From Nitrospirota bacterium (GTDB taxonomy: Bacteria > Nitrospirota > Thermodesulfovibrionia > Thermodesulfovibrionales > JdFR-86), in assembly GCA_963721805.1 (NCBI GenBank), contig CAVRJY010000001.1:800001-864000 (forward strand): DNA of 64,000 nucleotides. Direction: 5' to 3'. Made by a program: the position numbers and the translations under genes. Each line of letters begins with the position of its first letter. Position 1 is the first letter of the stretch. This document shows positions 20,855-31,162 of the stretch, in pieces. The notes below the pieces were generated by a model that ran no database searches, was not told the origin of the DNA, and saw only the letters and a program-made list of their open reading frames with translations.

Positions 20855-21504
20855 TGCGTGTTATCGCTATCGACGGCCCCTCGGGCGCGGGAAAGAGCTC
20901 GGTCGCGAAGCTGCTGGCCGCCGCGATGAAATTCAACTACCTCGATACCGGTGCGCTTTACAGGGCAGTGGCGCTCGCGCTCAGGCGCAAGGGCATCGAG
21001 CCCGAGGCCGCGGATGCCGAGATAACGCGTGCGCTTGAGGGCGTCTCGGTATCATTCAGAAACGGTGCGGTCATACTCGACGGCGAGGACGTCTCGGGTT
21101 TAATACGCACGACCGAGATGGGGCATTTCTCCTCGGTCTTCTCGGCGCGCCCGCCTGTCAGGAAGTTCCTGATGCCTGTGCAGCGCGAGGCCGCCCTTCA
21201 CCACGACCTCGTGGCCGAGGGCCGCGACATGACCACGGTGGTGTTCCCCAACGCCTGGAAAAAAATATACCTTGACGCGACTGTCGAGTCCCGCGCGATG
21301 AGGCGGTTCCTGCAGCTTAAAGACACCGGGGGAGTTACGCTTGAGGCCGCGACCGCTGACGTGGTCGAGCGCGACCGCCGGGATTCCTCGCGCGATATCG
21401 CCCCGCTTCGGCGCGCCGATGACGCGCATTACATCGACTCCTCGGCCCTCACGTTAGAGGAGACCGTGGCCGACGCGATCGCACACATAGGGGCCGGGGC
21501 GTGA
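20854..21504 (+). CDS. cmk: Cytidylate kinase
   Basis: IAIDGPSGAGKS, YLDTGALYR, EGRDM.TVVFP. Confidence 0.95.
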   Translation: MRVIAIDGPSGAGKSSVAKLLAAAMKFNYLDTGALYRAVALALRRKGIEPEAADAEITRALEGVSVSFRNGAVILDGEDVSGLIRTTEMGHFSSVFSARPPVRKFLMPVQREAALHHDLVAEGRDMTTVVFPNAWKKIYLDATVESRAMRRFLQLKDTGGVTLEAATADVVERDRRDSSRDIAPLRRADDAHYIDSSALTLEETVADAIAHIGAGA

Positions 21505-22352
21505 ACGTCCGCGTGGCGAAGACCGCAGGGTTCTGCTTCGGGGTCAAGAGGGCCGTGGACAGGGCCTTCGAGCTCGCGAGGCGAAACCCCGAGGGCGGGG
21601 CCTGCACGTACGGCCCGATCATCCATAACCCCCAGGTGGTGACGCAGCTCGCGGACGAGGGCGTCCCGCCTGTCAGGGACATCTCCGAACTCAGGGGCGA
21701 CGGGCACAGGACGGTCATAATCCGCACCCACGGGGTCTCGCTCGAGGTCATGGACGCGCTGGCCTCGATGGGCCGGGAGATCATGGACCTGACCTGCCCT
21801 TTCGTGACAAAAGCCCAGCAATATGCTAAACTTTTAAGGATCGAGGGCTATCAGATCATCATCCTCGGCGAGGAGGAGCACCCGGAGGTCGTAGGCATCA
21901 AAAGCTACGCGGGCGAGGACGCCATAGTAGTGAGGGGCGCCGAGCAGCTTCCGGAACTTCGGAGTAAAGTTGGCGTAGTCGTACAGACCACGCAGCAGAC
22001 CGAGACCCTCAAAAAACTGCTTTCGGCCCTGGTAGAGCACACCAAGGAGCTGAAGGTATATAATACTATTTGCAATTCGACCGCCATGCGCCTTCGCGAG
22101 ACGAAAGAGATGGCAGAGAGCGTGGACGTCATGGTCATCGTGGGCGGCCGGAACAGCGCCAATACGACGCAGCTTGCGACGCTCTCGCGGTCCCTGGGGG
22201 TGCCTACGCACCACATCGAGACCGCCTCGGAGCTTCAGGATGAGTGGTTCGAGGGCGCTAACACCGTTGGGATCACCGCCGGGGCATCGACCCCCGAGTG
22301 GATCATACAGGAAGTAAAAAAACGCATAAGCGATATAGGAGGAATGGGATAG
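21501..22352 (+). CDS. ispH: 4-hydroxy-3-methylbut-2-enyl diphosphate reductase
   Basis: AGFCFGVKRA, IIHNP, TCPFV, HPEV, NTIC, NSANT, TAGASTP. Confidence 0.95.
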   Translation: MNVRVAKTAGFCFGVKRAVDRAFELARRNPEGGACTYGPIIHNPQVVTQLADEGVPPVRDISELRGDGHRTVIIRTHGVSLEVMDALASMGREIMDLTCPFVTKAQQYAKLLRIEGYQIIILGEEEHPEVVGIKSYAGEDAIVVRGAEQLPELRSKVGVVVQTTQQTETLKKLLSALVEHTKELKVYNTICNSTAMRLRETKEMAESVDVMVIVGGRNSANTTQLATLSRSLGVPTHHIETASELQDEWFEGANTVGITAGASTPEWIIQEVKKRISDIGGMG

Positions 22353-23944
22353 TGGTGGACAACGAGGAAATCAACGAAGACGAGCTCGAGCACGAAGACT
22401 TCGAGCAACTTTACGCCGACAGCTTTCAGGGCATCCAGAACGGCTCGGTCCTGAAGGGCAAGGTCGTGACGGTCAAGCAGGACACGGTGATCGTCGACGT
22501 GGGCTACAAGAGCGAGGGCGTCATCAGGGGCAGCGAGTTCACGCCCGAGGAGCTTGCGGCCCTTAAGCCCGGCGACGAGATGGAAGTCTACGTCGTCGCG
22601 GTCATAGACTCCGAGGGCACGATCATCCTGTCGAAGGAGAAGGCATCGCGCATCAAGTCCTGGGACGTGATCGAGGAGGCCTTCAAAAACGGCACTCCGG
22701 TGGAGGGCACCTTCCGCGAGAAGACCAAGGGCGGCATGTTCGTCGACATATCGGGCGTCAGGGCGTTCCTGCCGGCCTCGCACGTGGACCTCAGGCCCGT
22801 AAAGGACCTCGACGCGCTCGTAGGCCAGAAGGCCGAGTTCAAGATCATCAAGATGAACAACAAGCGCTCCAACATCATCGTCTCCCGCCGCGTGCAGCTC
22901 GAGGAGACCCGCTCGAAGCTCAAGAGCGGGACGCTCGAGGGCCTGGCCGAGGGCGCTATAATAAAAGGCACGGTCAAGAACATCACCGATTACGGCGTGT
23001 TCATCGACCTTGGCGGCATAGACGGCCTCCTGCATATCTCCGACATCTCCTGGGGCAGGATCACGCACCCCTCCAAGACCTTCACCGTCGGGCAGGAGGT
23101 CGAGGTCAAGGTCCTGAGCTTCGACCGCGAGACCGAGCGCGTCACGCTCGGGTACAAGCAGAAGTTCCCTGACCCCTGGAGCACGGTCGAGGAGAAATAC
23201 CCCGCCGGCACCCGCGTCAAGGGCAAGGTCGTGAGCATCACGGACTACGGGGCGTTCATCGAGATCGAGGACGCGCTCGAGGGCCTCGTGCACGTCACAG
23301 AGATCGAGTGGGGCACGCGCCCCAAGCACCCTTCTAAGTACCTCTCGCCCGGCGACGAGGTCGAGGCCGTGGTGCTCAAGGCCGACAAGACCGAGAGACG
23401 GCTCTCTCTGAGCATCAAGCAGATCAAGCAGAGCCCGTGGCAGCTCGTATCTGAGCGCTACCGCCCCGGCCAGACGATCTCCGGCAAGGTGCGCGGCATC
23501 ACCGACTTCGGGGCCTTCATCGGGCTGCCGGAGGGCGTGGACGGCCTCGTGCATATCTCCGACATGTCATGGACTCGCCACATAAAGCATCCCTCCGAGC
23601 TCCTCAAGAAGGGCCAGACGGTCGAGGCGGTCATACTCTCGATAGAGCCCGAGAAGGAGCGCATTGCGCTCGGGATCAAGCAGCTCACCCCAGATCCGTG
23701 GATCAACGACATACCGCAGCGCTTCACGATAGGCGACGAGGTCGACTGCATCGTGCTCAAGCAGACCGAGTTCGGCATATTCGTCGAGCTCGAAGGCGGC
23801 ATCGAGGGCCTGATCTATTCCTCCGAGGTGGTGCCGACCGAGGTCCCGATCTCAGACGGCGACCAGATCACGGCGCGGATCATCAAGGTCGACCTGGTTA
23901 ACAGGAAGATCGGCCTCAGCATGAAGAACCTCACAGGGGAATAG
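22352..23944 (+). CDS. rpsA: 30S ribosomal protein S1
   Basis: Tandem S1 domains (VKNITDYGVFIDLGGIDGLLH etc.); GTG start after GGAGG; follows cmk-ispH. Confidence 0.95.
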   Translation: MVDNEEINEDELEHEDFEQLYADSFQGIQNGSVLKGKVVTVKQDTVIVDVGYKSEGVIRGSEFTPEELAALKPGDEMEVYVVAVIDSEGTIILSKEKASRIKSWDVIEEAFKNGTPVEGTFREKTKGGMFVDISGVRAFLPASHVDLRPVKDLDALVGQKAEFKIIKMNNKRSNIIVSRRVQLEETRSKLKSGTLEGLAEGAIIKGTVKNITDYGVFIDLGGIDGLLHISDISWGRITHPSKTFTVGQEVEVKVLSFDRETERVTLGYKQKFPDPWSTVEEKYPAGTRVKGKVVSITDYGAFIEIEDALEGLVHVTEIEWGTRPKHPSKYLSPGDEVEAVVLKADKTERRLSLSIKQIKQSPWQLVSERYRPGQTISGKVRGITDFGAFIGLPEGVDGLVHISDMSWTRHIKHPSELLKKGQTVEAVILSIEPEKERIALGIKQLTPDPWINDIPQRFTIGDEVDCIVLKQTEFGIFVELEGGIEGLIYSSEVVPTEVPISDGDQITARIIKVDLVNRKIGLSMKNLTGE

Positions 23945-24799
23945 ATGAAGAAGCTCCTCATCGCAGGGCTCGTGCTGCTGGTGGTGCTGGTCCTCATCAG
24001 CGCCGTCGTCGCGATGATGGGCTCCGACGCGCTCCCCATAGGCGAGAAGGTCGCGGTCCTCAAGATCGAAGGCCCGATAGTGGACGCCGACAAGACCATC
24101 GAGGAACTCAAGGGCTACGTCGATGACACCTCGGTCAAGGCCATAGTCGTGAGGGTCAACAGCCCGGGCGGCGCGGTGGCCCCCTCGCAGGAGATATTCG
24201 AGGAGATCAAGAAGGCTACCTCGATTAAGAAGGTCGTGGCCTCGATGGGCGCCGTGGCCGCATCCGGCGGGTTTTACGTCGCGGTCCCCGCAAACAGGAT
24301 CGTGGCCAACCCCGGCTCGGTCACCGGCTCGATCGGCGTCATCGTCGAGATCCCGAACATCGAGGGCCTGATGCAGAAGGTCGGCGTCCGAAGCGACGTG
24401 ATCAAGAGCGGCAAGCACAAGGACATGGCCTCGATGTTCCGCACGATGACCCCCGAGGAGCGAGCCCTGCTGCAGGGCGTGGTCGACGACATCCACGACC
24501 AGTTCGTTGACGCCGTTGCAAGCTCGCGGAAGATGCCGGTCGAGAAGGTCAGGCGCATAGCGGACGGCCGCGTGTTTTCGGGCCGGCAGGCCAAGGAGCT
24601 CGGGCTGGTCGACGAACTCGGCGATCTCAAGGACGCCATAAACCTCGCGGCTAAGCTCGCGGACATAAGCGGCGAGCCGAAGGTGGTCACAAGGAAGGAA
24701 AGGACGTCCCTGTTTGAGATGCTCAAGGGGATGTTCAGCGGCAACATATCCGGAAGCTTTTTCCCCGGCTTCGGCATAAAATACATGATGGTCCCGTAG
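23945..24799 (+). CDS. sppA: Signal peptide peptidase SppA (36K type)
   Basis: RVNSPGG, AASGGFY, TGSIGV, ADGRVFSG. Confidence 0.92.
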   Translation: MKKLLIAGLVLLVVLVLISAVVAMMGSDALPIGEKVAVLKIEGPIVDADKTIEELKGYVDDTSVKAIVVRVNSPGGAVAPSQEIFEEIKKATSIKKVVASMGAVAASGGFYVAVPANRIVANPGSVTGSIGVIVEIPNIEGLMQKVGVRSDVIKSGKHKDMASMFRTMTPEERALLQGVVDDIHDQFVDAVASSRKMPVEKVRRIADGRVFSGRQAKELGLVDELGDLKDAINLAAKLADISGEPKVVTRKERTSLFEMLKGMFSGNISGSFFPGFGIKYMMVP

Positions 24800-24810
24800 G
24801 AGGTCTCCGC

Positions 24811-25134
24811 ATGACGCGATCAGCGCTTATCGAGAAGGTGTCAGAGAGGGTCGAGGGCCTCACGCTGAGCCAGACCGAGATAATCATCGAGACGGTCTTC
24901 GACAGCATTCAGGAGGCGCTCGTAAAGGGCGAGAAGGTCGAGATACGAGGGTTCGGGAACTTCCGCCTCAAGCAGCGCCAGCCACGCAAGGCCCGCAACC
25001 CGAAGACCGGGGAGAGCGTCGACGTAAGCGAGAAGCAGGCGATCCGCTTCAAGGCAGGCAAGGCCTTAAGAGAAGCGCTGAATCCCGGCCTCGCCGACAA
25101 AGAAGACAAAGAAGATAAAGAAGAAGAGGACTAA
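24811..25134 (+). CDS. ihfB: Integration host factor beta / HU family
   Basis: VEIRGFGNF, ARNPKTGE, FKAGK; follows rpsA-sppA; acidic DKE-repeat tail. Confidence 0.85.
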   Translation: MTRSALIEKVSERVEGLTLSQTEIIIETVFDSIQEALVKGEKVEIRGFGNFRLKQRQPRKARNPKTGESVDVSEKQAIRFKAGKALREALNPGLADKEDKEDKEEED

Positions 25135-25150
25135 TTTATCCAGACTATAG

Positions 25151-25182
25151 GCCACACCCGGTTATGCCGGGTGTGGTTTTTT
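25151..25182 (+). terminator. Intrinsic terminator after ihfB
   Basis: CCACACCCGG-TTATG-CCGGGTGTGG followed by T6. Confidence 0.8.
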
Positions 25183-25220
25183 ATTGGCCTTGCAACCCTG
25201 GCCTTACAAGGAGGTACGTT

Positions 25221-26042
25221 ATGGGGCTTTTCACTGTCGAGCGCGAGCTCTGCATGCGCGACGGGGTATGCGCCGCCGAGTGTCCGAGGAAGATCATAGG
25301 CACTGATGCGGACGGATTCCCAATACCGGCCGAGGGCGCTGAGGCGCTCTGCGTGGACTGCGGCCACTGTGTGGCGGTATGCCCCACCGGTGCGATCTCG
25401 CTGGCCCGGATGCCGAGGGAACTCTGCGCCATCATCGAGGACGGCCTCAAGTTGAGTCCTGAGCAGGCCTCGCAATACCTCAAGTCCCGCCGGTCTGTCA
25501 GATCTTACAAGAAAGAGCCGCTCCCGCGCGAGGTGATTCTTAAGATCATGGACATCGTGCGCTATGCGCCCACGGGCATGAATACGCAGGACGTGCAGTG
25601 GACCGTGATCGGCCCCGAGGGCTCGCGGCGCGTCGCGGAGTCCGTGATCGGCTGGATGCGTGCGCTCGTCGCGCTCGGCTCTCCGATGGCCGGGGCGTAC
25701 AACGCCAAGTCCATCGTCGAGGGCTGGGAGGCCGGGACGGACTTCATAATGAGGGGTGCGCCCCAGCTCGTCGTGGCCCACGCGCACAAAGACAACGCCC
25801 TGGCCCAGATCGACTGCACCATAGCGCTGACGTACCTCATGCTGGCCGCTATCCCCTATGGAGCCGGGACCTGCTGGGCCGGGTTCGTGCAGCTTGCGGC
25901 CGCGATGTCCCAAGACGTGCTCAAGTCCCTGGGGCTGCCCGAGGGACATAGGTGCAACGGGGCGATGATGCTCGGGTTTCCGTCCCACGAATTCCAGCGC
26001 ATCCCGTCACGCAAGGAGCCGGTTATTAACTGGGTGGTGTGA
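25221..26042 (+). CDS. Nitroreductase family protein with N-terminal 2x[4Fe-4S] domain
   Basis: CMRDGVCAAECP and CVDCGHCVAVCP; SRRSVRSY, APTG.N.Q, GTCWAG; AGGAGG RBS. Confidence 0.88.
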   Translation: MGLFTVERELCMRDGVCAAECPRKIIGTDADGFPIPAEGAEALCVDCGHCVAVCPTGAISLARMPRELCAIIEDGLKLSPEQASQYLKSRRSVRSYKKEPLPREVILKIMDIVRYAPTGMNTQDVQWTVIGPEGSRRVAESVIGWMRALVALGSPMAGAYNAKSIVEGWEAGTDFIMRGAPQLVVAHAHKDNALAQIDCTIALTYLMLAAIPYGAGTCWAGFVQLAAAMSQDVLKSLGLPEGHRCNGAMMLGFPSHEFQRIPSRKEPVINWVV

Positions 26043-26288
26043 AAGTGCGTTAAAGTCGCGTGATACGTTGTCACGGCTTCGGAAATCCGTCCTCCAGAGT
26101 ACGTCTCAGTACACTTGCGGACGTTTTCCTCGCCGTTCCTAGTCTGACGCGCTTTATCGCACTTTATGGGGTTGGTCGCGGCTCCGCCGCTGGACCCCAT
26201 GCCCCAAGGTCAACGGCTTTAATTAGAGTGAGCGCGGAGCGCGAATAGGTGAGCGTAGCGAATAGGAACAGGGGCCAATCGGCCCCTT
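26041..26288 (-). repeat. Modular structured repeat, copy 2 (full; core 26041-26165)
   Basis: AAAGTGCG/CGCACTTT closing stem, TGATACGTTG, GTAC-GTCTCA-GTAC, CCTAGTCTGA, AAGGTCAACGGC, terminal AGGGGCCAATCGGCCCCTT hairpin. Confidence 0.88.
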
Positions 26289-26343
26289 GGCACGGTTCTT
26301 GTTTACCTGTCTCGCCCCATGTGTTAATATATAGCCATACATT

Positions 26344-26841
26344 ATGGAAAAAGTTCTGCTGGCCGTGCTGGTTGCGATCGTGATAGTGATACCTATGTAC
26401 CTGGTGGAGACCGCCGAGAGGTTCCAGGGCAGGGGGGACACGGCCTCGATCATAAGCAACGCGGTGATATCGAACAAAAAAGACGGCAAAATCACATGGT
26501 TGATAAAGGCCAATAAGATGTCGATCGCGCCTGACATCTCAAACGCGATACTAAACGGCATAACGGTCGACGTGACCTCGGAATCGGCTAAAGTGGCGGC
26601 TGACCGGGGGGATTACGATTTCGGGACGCGAAACCTGCTGCTTACAGGCGGCGTACAGGCCGTCACGAAGGACCTTGTAATCACCGGCGACACGGCCATG
26701 GTCAAGGCCGAGACCGGCGAGATCACCTCCGATGGCGAGGTCAAGGTCACGGGCAAGAACATCAGTCTCACTGGCACCGGGCTATGGATGCTCGGCAATA
26801 AAATGAAGGTGATAAGAAATGTCAGAGCGGACGTCAAGTAA
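26344..26841 (+). CDS. lptC: LPS export protein LptC-like
   Basis: N-terminal TM, beta-jellyroll-like sequence, upstream of lptA-lptB-rpoN. Confidence 0.7.
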   Translation: MEKVLLAVLVAIVIVIPMYLVETAERFQGRGDTASIISNAVISNKKDGKITWLIKANKMSIAPDISNAILNGITVDVTSESAKVAADRGDYDFGTRNLLLTGGVQAVTKDLVITGDTAMVKAETGEITSDGEVKVTGKNISLTGTGLWMLGNKMKVIRNVRADVK

Positions 26842-27424
26842 ACATATCAAGGGTGCTGCCGCGGCCATCGCCATGGCGTGCTCGGTGCTTTGCCTGTGCC
26901 CTTCGCTGTCAGCGGGGGCGCCGGCCGCCGGCAAGGCCCCGGCGGTCAGCAACTCCGCCGCGGTCGCGAACGCCCCGAAGCCGGGCTCGGAGCTCGGCAC
27001 CGGGCCGATGGTCATAACCTCGGCCACGTTTTCTACCGACCGCCAGGCCGGCACCGCGCTTTTTGAGGGCACGGTCGCGGCCAAGAACAACGACGTCACG
27101 CTGCACGCCGACAAGATGCTCGTCTATTACGCCGAAGGCGGTGACGTCACGCGCATAGACTCCACCGGCCACGTCAGCTTTGCGACAAAGGACGGTACGA
27201 TCACCTCCGACTACTCGGTCTATTACGCGGACGACAAGAGGCTAGTCTTCACCGGCGAGCCCAAGGCGGTCGAGGGCTCGAGCGTCGTCACCGGCAAGGA
27301 GATCGTCTACTACATCGACAAGGAAAAATACAACGTCAAGGGCAGCAAGGTCCTCTTCGTGGGCAAGAGGAAAGAGACCCAGCAGCAGCCTCAGGCGCAG
27401 CCTCAGCAACCACCACAAAAATAA
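26819..27424 (+). CDS. lptA: LptA/OstA family LPS transport protein
   Basis: Signal peptide; ITS...FEG.V.A...L.ADK..VYY, TG.V, LVFTGEP; adjacent to lptB. Confidence 0.78.
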   Translation: MSERTSSKHIKGAAAAIAMACSVLCLCPSLSAGAPAAGKAPAVSNSAAVANAPKPGSELGTGPMVITSATFSTDRQAGTALFEGTVAAKNNDVTLHADKMLVYYAEGGDVTRIDSTGHVSFATKDGTITSDYSVYYADDKRLVFTGEPKAVEGSSVVTGKEIVYYIDKEKYNVKGSKVLFVGKRKETQQQPQAQPQQPPQK

Positions 27425-27436
27425 GGCGGGCCATAC

Positions 27437-28159
27437 ATGCATACACTTTCGGCCACCGGACTCTCGAAGAGCTACGACAAGAAGCTGATAATAAGTGACA
27501 TCAACGTCAGCGTACGCTCCGGCGAGATCGTCGGGCTCCTGGGCCCCAACGGCGCGGGCAAGACCACGACGTTTTACGGCATTGTGGGCATGGTCAGGCC
27601 CGACACCGGCACGATCACCCTCGACGGCGAGGACATAGGCGGCCTGCCGATGTACAAGCGATCTCTCAAGGGCCTGAGCTACCTGCCTCAGGAGCCCTCG
27701 GTCTTCAGGAAGCTTACGGTGCGCGACAACCTGCGCGCCGTGCTGGAGATCCGCGGCATCGAGGGCGGCGACATCGATGCGCGCATCGAGAAGCTGATAG
27801 AGGAGTTCGACATGCACAACTTCGCGGACCGCGAGAGCATCAGGCTCTCGGGCGGCGAGCGCAGGCGCACCGAGATCGCCCGCTGCCTGGCCACAGAGCC
27901 CAAGTTCATACTCTTTGACGAGCCGTTCGCTGGCATCGACCCTATAGCGATCATCGAGCTCAAGAAGATGCTCGCGTACCTGAGGGACTCCGGCCTGGGC
28001 ATCCTGATCACCGACCATAACGTGCGCGACACGCTCTCGATCACCGACCGGGCCTATATCCTTAGCGGCGGGGGCATATTGGACGAGGGCAATCCCGAGA
28101 TGCTGGTCGCGAACCCCAAGGTCCGGGACAACTACCTCGGCGAGGGTTTCTCTCTCTGA
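27437..28159 (+). CDS. lptB: LPS export ABC transporter ATPase
   Basis: GPNGAGKTT, YLPQEPSVFRKL, LSGGERRR, DEPFAGIDP, ITDHNVR. Confidence 0.95.
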   Translation: MHTLSATGLSKSYDKKLIISDINVSVRSGEIVGLLGPNGAGKTTTFYGIVGMVRPDTGTITLDGEDIGGLPMYKRSLKGLSYLPQEPSVFRKLTVRDNLRAVLEIRGIEGGDIDARIEKLIEEFDMHNFADRESIRLSGGERRRTEIARCLATEPKFILFDEPFAGIDPIAIIELKKMLAYLRDSGLGILITDHNVRDTLSITDRAYILSGGGILDEGNPEMLVANPKVRDNYLGEGFSL

Positions 28160-28198
28160 TGGCCGCAGCCTCAGGCATAAACGCGGAGGTCACGCGCG

Positions 28199-29650
28199 AT
28201 GGCGCTTGAGCAGCGCTTAGAGCTCAAGATGCTCCAGAAGCTGATCCTCACCCCGCAGCTTCAGCAGGCGATCAAGCTCCTGCAGATGCCCCAGCTTGAG
28301 CTCTCGCAGACCCTCCAGAGCGAGCTGACCGAAAACCCCTTCCTCGAAGAGACCACCGAGGAGCCGGTCCGCGAGGAGTCCGAGCAGGAGGTCCAGAACT
28401 CGCCCGAGTCCGACTCGCTGGCGATGGCCTCCGACGACGTCGAGACCCCGCTTGAGGGGCTGATGGGGTTTTCGGTGGACGATTATTTCGAGAGCCGGAG
28501 CTTCGACGGCCGCGACCTCGGGTACTTCACGCCGGACACTACCGCCTCGGAGACCGTCGAGCAGTTCATAAACGAGGGCGAGGGCCTGATCGAACACCTC
28601 AACTGGCAGCTCCGTATGTGCAAGGCCCCCGACAGGGTGCGCATCGCGGCCGAGACCGTGATCGGCAACATCGACGACCGCGGGTACCTGCAGTCCACCG
28701 GTGAAGAGATGTCGGGGAACGCCGGGCTGGCGCTGCAACTCATGAGAGAGGCGATCGCGCTCGTCCAGTCGTTCGACCCTTGCGGGGTCGGGGCACGGGA
28801 CCTCAGGGAGTGCCTGATACTTCAGCTAGGCCCGCTCGAATTGCGCGGGAGCATGGTAGAGCATATAATTCAAGATAACCTCGAAGACGTAGAGAAGCGC
28901 AGGTACCAGAAGATAGCGCAGCAGTACGCCTGCACGCTCGAGGACGTCAAACACGCGATACGCGTGATCGAGTCCCTCGAGCCCAAGCCCGGGCGCGGCA
29001 TGGCCGAGGCCTCGACGGTCTATATCAGGCCCGACGTCTACATAATCCGCGACGAGGAGGAGTTCCGCATAGTGCTCAACGACGAGAACATCCCGAACCT
29101 CAGGATAAACGGCTACTACCGCAAGCTCATGATGCAGAAAAACAGCCTCTCGAAGGAAGACCGCGATTTCCTCGAGGACAAGAAGCGCGCGGCCGAGTGG
29201 CTGTTAAAAAGCCTCGACCACCGGAACAAGACGATCTACCGCGTGACGCAGAGCATACTGAACTTCCAGCGCTCGTTTTTCTTTGAGGGCGTCTCGCGGC
29301 TGCGCCCCCTGAACCTCAAGGACGTGGCGCAGGAATTGGGCATGCACGAGAGCACCATCAGCCGCGCCACCTCGAGCAAGTACCTCTCGTGCGAGCACGG
29401 GATCTATAACTTCAAGTACTTCTTCTCCAGTGCGGTTAGCGTGGACACCGGGGCGGTCTCTTCGACCTCGGTAAAGGAGATAATAGGCAAGATCATCGGC
29501 GAGGAGGACATCAGAAAGCCCTGCAGCGATCAGAAGATCTCGGAGATGCTGAAGGAACGCCACAACATCACCGTGGCCCGCCGCACGGTCGCGAAATACC
29601 GCGAAGAGATGCAGATACAGCCGCAGAACCTGCGGAAGAAAATAGACTAA
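28199..29650 (+). CDS. rpoN: RNA polymerase sigma-54 factor
   Basis: TPQLQQAIKLLQ, HESTISR, RpoN box ARRTVAKYRE. Confidence 0.96.
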   Translation: MALEQRLELKMLQKLILTPQLQQAIKLLQMPQLELSQTLQSELTENPFLEETTEEPVREESEQEVQNSPESDSLAMASDDVETPLEGLMGFSVDDYFESRSFDGRDLGYFTPDTTASETVEQFINEGEGLIEHLNWQLRMCKAPDRVRIAAETVIGNIDDRGYLQSTGEEMSGNAGLALQLMREAIALVQSFDPCGVGARDLRECLILQLGPLELRGSMVEHIIQDNLEDVEKRRYQKIAQQYACTLEDVKHAIRVIESLEPKPGRGMAEASTVYIRPDVYIIRDEEEFRIVLNDENIPNLRINGYYRKLMMQKNSLSKEDRDFLEDKKRAAEWLLKSLDHRNKTIYRVTQSILNFQRSFFFEGVSRLRPLNLKDVAQELGMHESTISRATSSKYLSCEHGIYNFKYFFSSAVSVDTGAVSSTSVKEIIGKIIGEEDIRKPCSDQKISEMLKERHNITVARRTVAKYREEMQIQPQNLRKKID

Positions 29651-29671
29651 AAACCCAAAGGAGAACCCGCC

Positions 29672-30211
29672 ATGAACATCACGGTAAACGGCAGACACGT
29701 CGAGATCACACCGGCCCTCAGGAGCTACGCCGAGGACAAGATAGGGAAGTTCGACCGCTACTTCACGAACATCACGGGAGCGGTCGTCACCTTAAGCGTG
29801 CAGAAATACCTCCATACGGCCGAGGTCCTGCTGCACGCCAACGGCACCCTGATCCAGGCCCAGAGCACCACGAACGAGCTCTACTCGGCCATAGACGAGG
29901 TCGCTGACAAGCTCGACAGGCAGGTCAAGAAGCTCAAGGAGAAGGTCTCCTCGCACCGCAAGGGCGGCGAGGAGAAGGCCTCGGCCGCCGCGCCGGCCCC
30001 GAAGGCCTCGGCCGCCAAGGACGAGGAAGTCGGCGTGATCTTCAAGCGCGAGCGGTTCGACGCAAAGCCGATGTCGGCCGAGGACGGCGCGATGCAGATG
30101 GAGACGCTCGGCAGGGACTTCTTCGTGTTCATGAACTCCGAGACCAGCGAGATGAACGTGCTGTACAGGCGCACGGACGGCAACTACGGGCTTATCGAGC
30201 CCGCGAAATAA
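29672..30211 (+). CDS. hpf: Ribosome hibernation factor (long HPF/RaiA)
   Basis: ITPALRSY, LYSAID, KPMS.E, NVLYRR.DG.YGLIEP. Confidence 0.92.
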   Translation: MNITVNGRHVEITPALRSYAEDKIGKFDRYFTNITGAVVTLSVQKYLHTAEVLLHANGTLIQAQSTTNELYSAIDEVADKLDRQVKKLKEKVSSHRKGGEEKASAAAPAPKASAAKDEEVGVIFKRERFDAKPMSAEDGAMQMETLGRDFFVFMNSETSEMNVLYRRTDGNYGLIEPAK

Positions 30212-30262
30212 CCGGCTCGGCACTGCCTGTGCGGGCGGCCCGGCGGGGTCGCATATAAGCTA

Positions 30263-31120
30263 TTGAAAAGCACCATAGTCATCATAAGCGGGCTCTCGGG
30301 CTCGGGGAAGACCGTGGCCCTCAGGGCCATGGAGGACGCGGGTTTCGTGTGCGTCGACAACCTCCCGCCCGAGCTCATAGACTCGCTCGCCTCGACCATA
30401 GTCGAGAAGGGCTCCCCCGCGCGCATCGCGGTAGGCGTGGACATCCGCGAGAAGGACTTCCTCAACACCGTCCGCGACGTCCTGCCCGCCCTGCGGCTGA
30501 AGTACGACCTGCGCATCCTGTTTCTGGAGGCCGAGCAGGACGTCCTGCTCAGGCGGTTCAAGGAGACTCGCAGGCCCCATCCGCTGATGGTCTCGGGCAT
30601 CCGGGACCTGCAGGACGCGCTGCGCGTCGAGCGGCCCCTGCTCGAGCCGCTCAGGGACGAGGCCGAGAAGGTGATCGAGACCGGAGCGCTCAGCCCCCAT
30701 CAGCTAAGGAGGCTCATACGCGAGATGTTCGAGCCCCAGACGAGCCCCGACAGATCGATGCGCGTGGCGCTCCTGTCTTTCGGGTTCAAGTTCGGCCTGC
30801 CGCAGCACGCGGACCTGGTCTTCGACGTCCGGTTCCTCCCGAACCCGTTTTTCGTGCCTGAGTTAAAGGACCTTGAAGGCACGCGCCGGGAGGTGCGGGA
30901 ATTCGTGCTCGGCAAGCCCGCGAGCGGGGAGTTCATCGAGAGGCTCTGCTCGATGCTGGATTTCCTGATCCCGCAATACGCGGCCGAGGGCAAGAGCTAC
31001 CTCACCGTGGCCATCGGCTGCACCGGGGGGGTACACCGCTCGGTCGTGATATGCGAGGAAGTGTCGCGGCGGCTCTCCGCGAAGTCCATCAACGCCGAAC
31101 TCGTGCATCGCGAGTTATAA
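30263..31120 (+). CDS. rapZ: RNase adapter RapZ
   Basis: SGLSGSGKT, VDNLPP, ETRRPHPL, SFGFKFG, DVRFLPNP, GCTGG.HRSV. Confidence 0.93.
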   Translation: MKSTIVIISGLSGSGKTVALRAMEDAGFVCVDNLPPELIDSLASTIVEKGSPARIAVGVDIREKDFLNTVRDVLPALRLKYDLRILFLEAEQDVLLRRFKETRRPHPLMVSGIRDLQDALRVERPLLEPLRDEAEKVIETGALSPHQLRRLIREMFEPQTSPDRSMRVALLSFGFKFGLPQHADLVFDVRFLPNPFFVPELKDLEGTRREVREFVLGKPASGEFIERLCSMLDFLIPQYAAEGKSYLTVAIGCTGGVHRSVVICEEVSRRLSAKSINAELVHREL

Positions 31121-31162
31121 CCAATTGCCAACCTGCAGGCCTCAGAGGGCCGCAAAGGAAAA

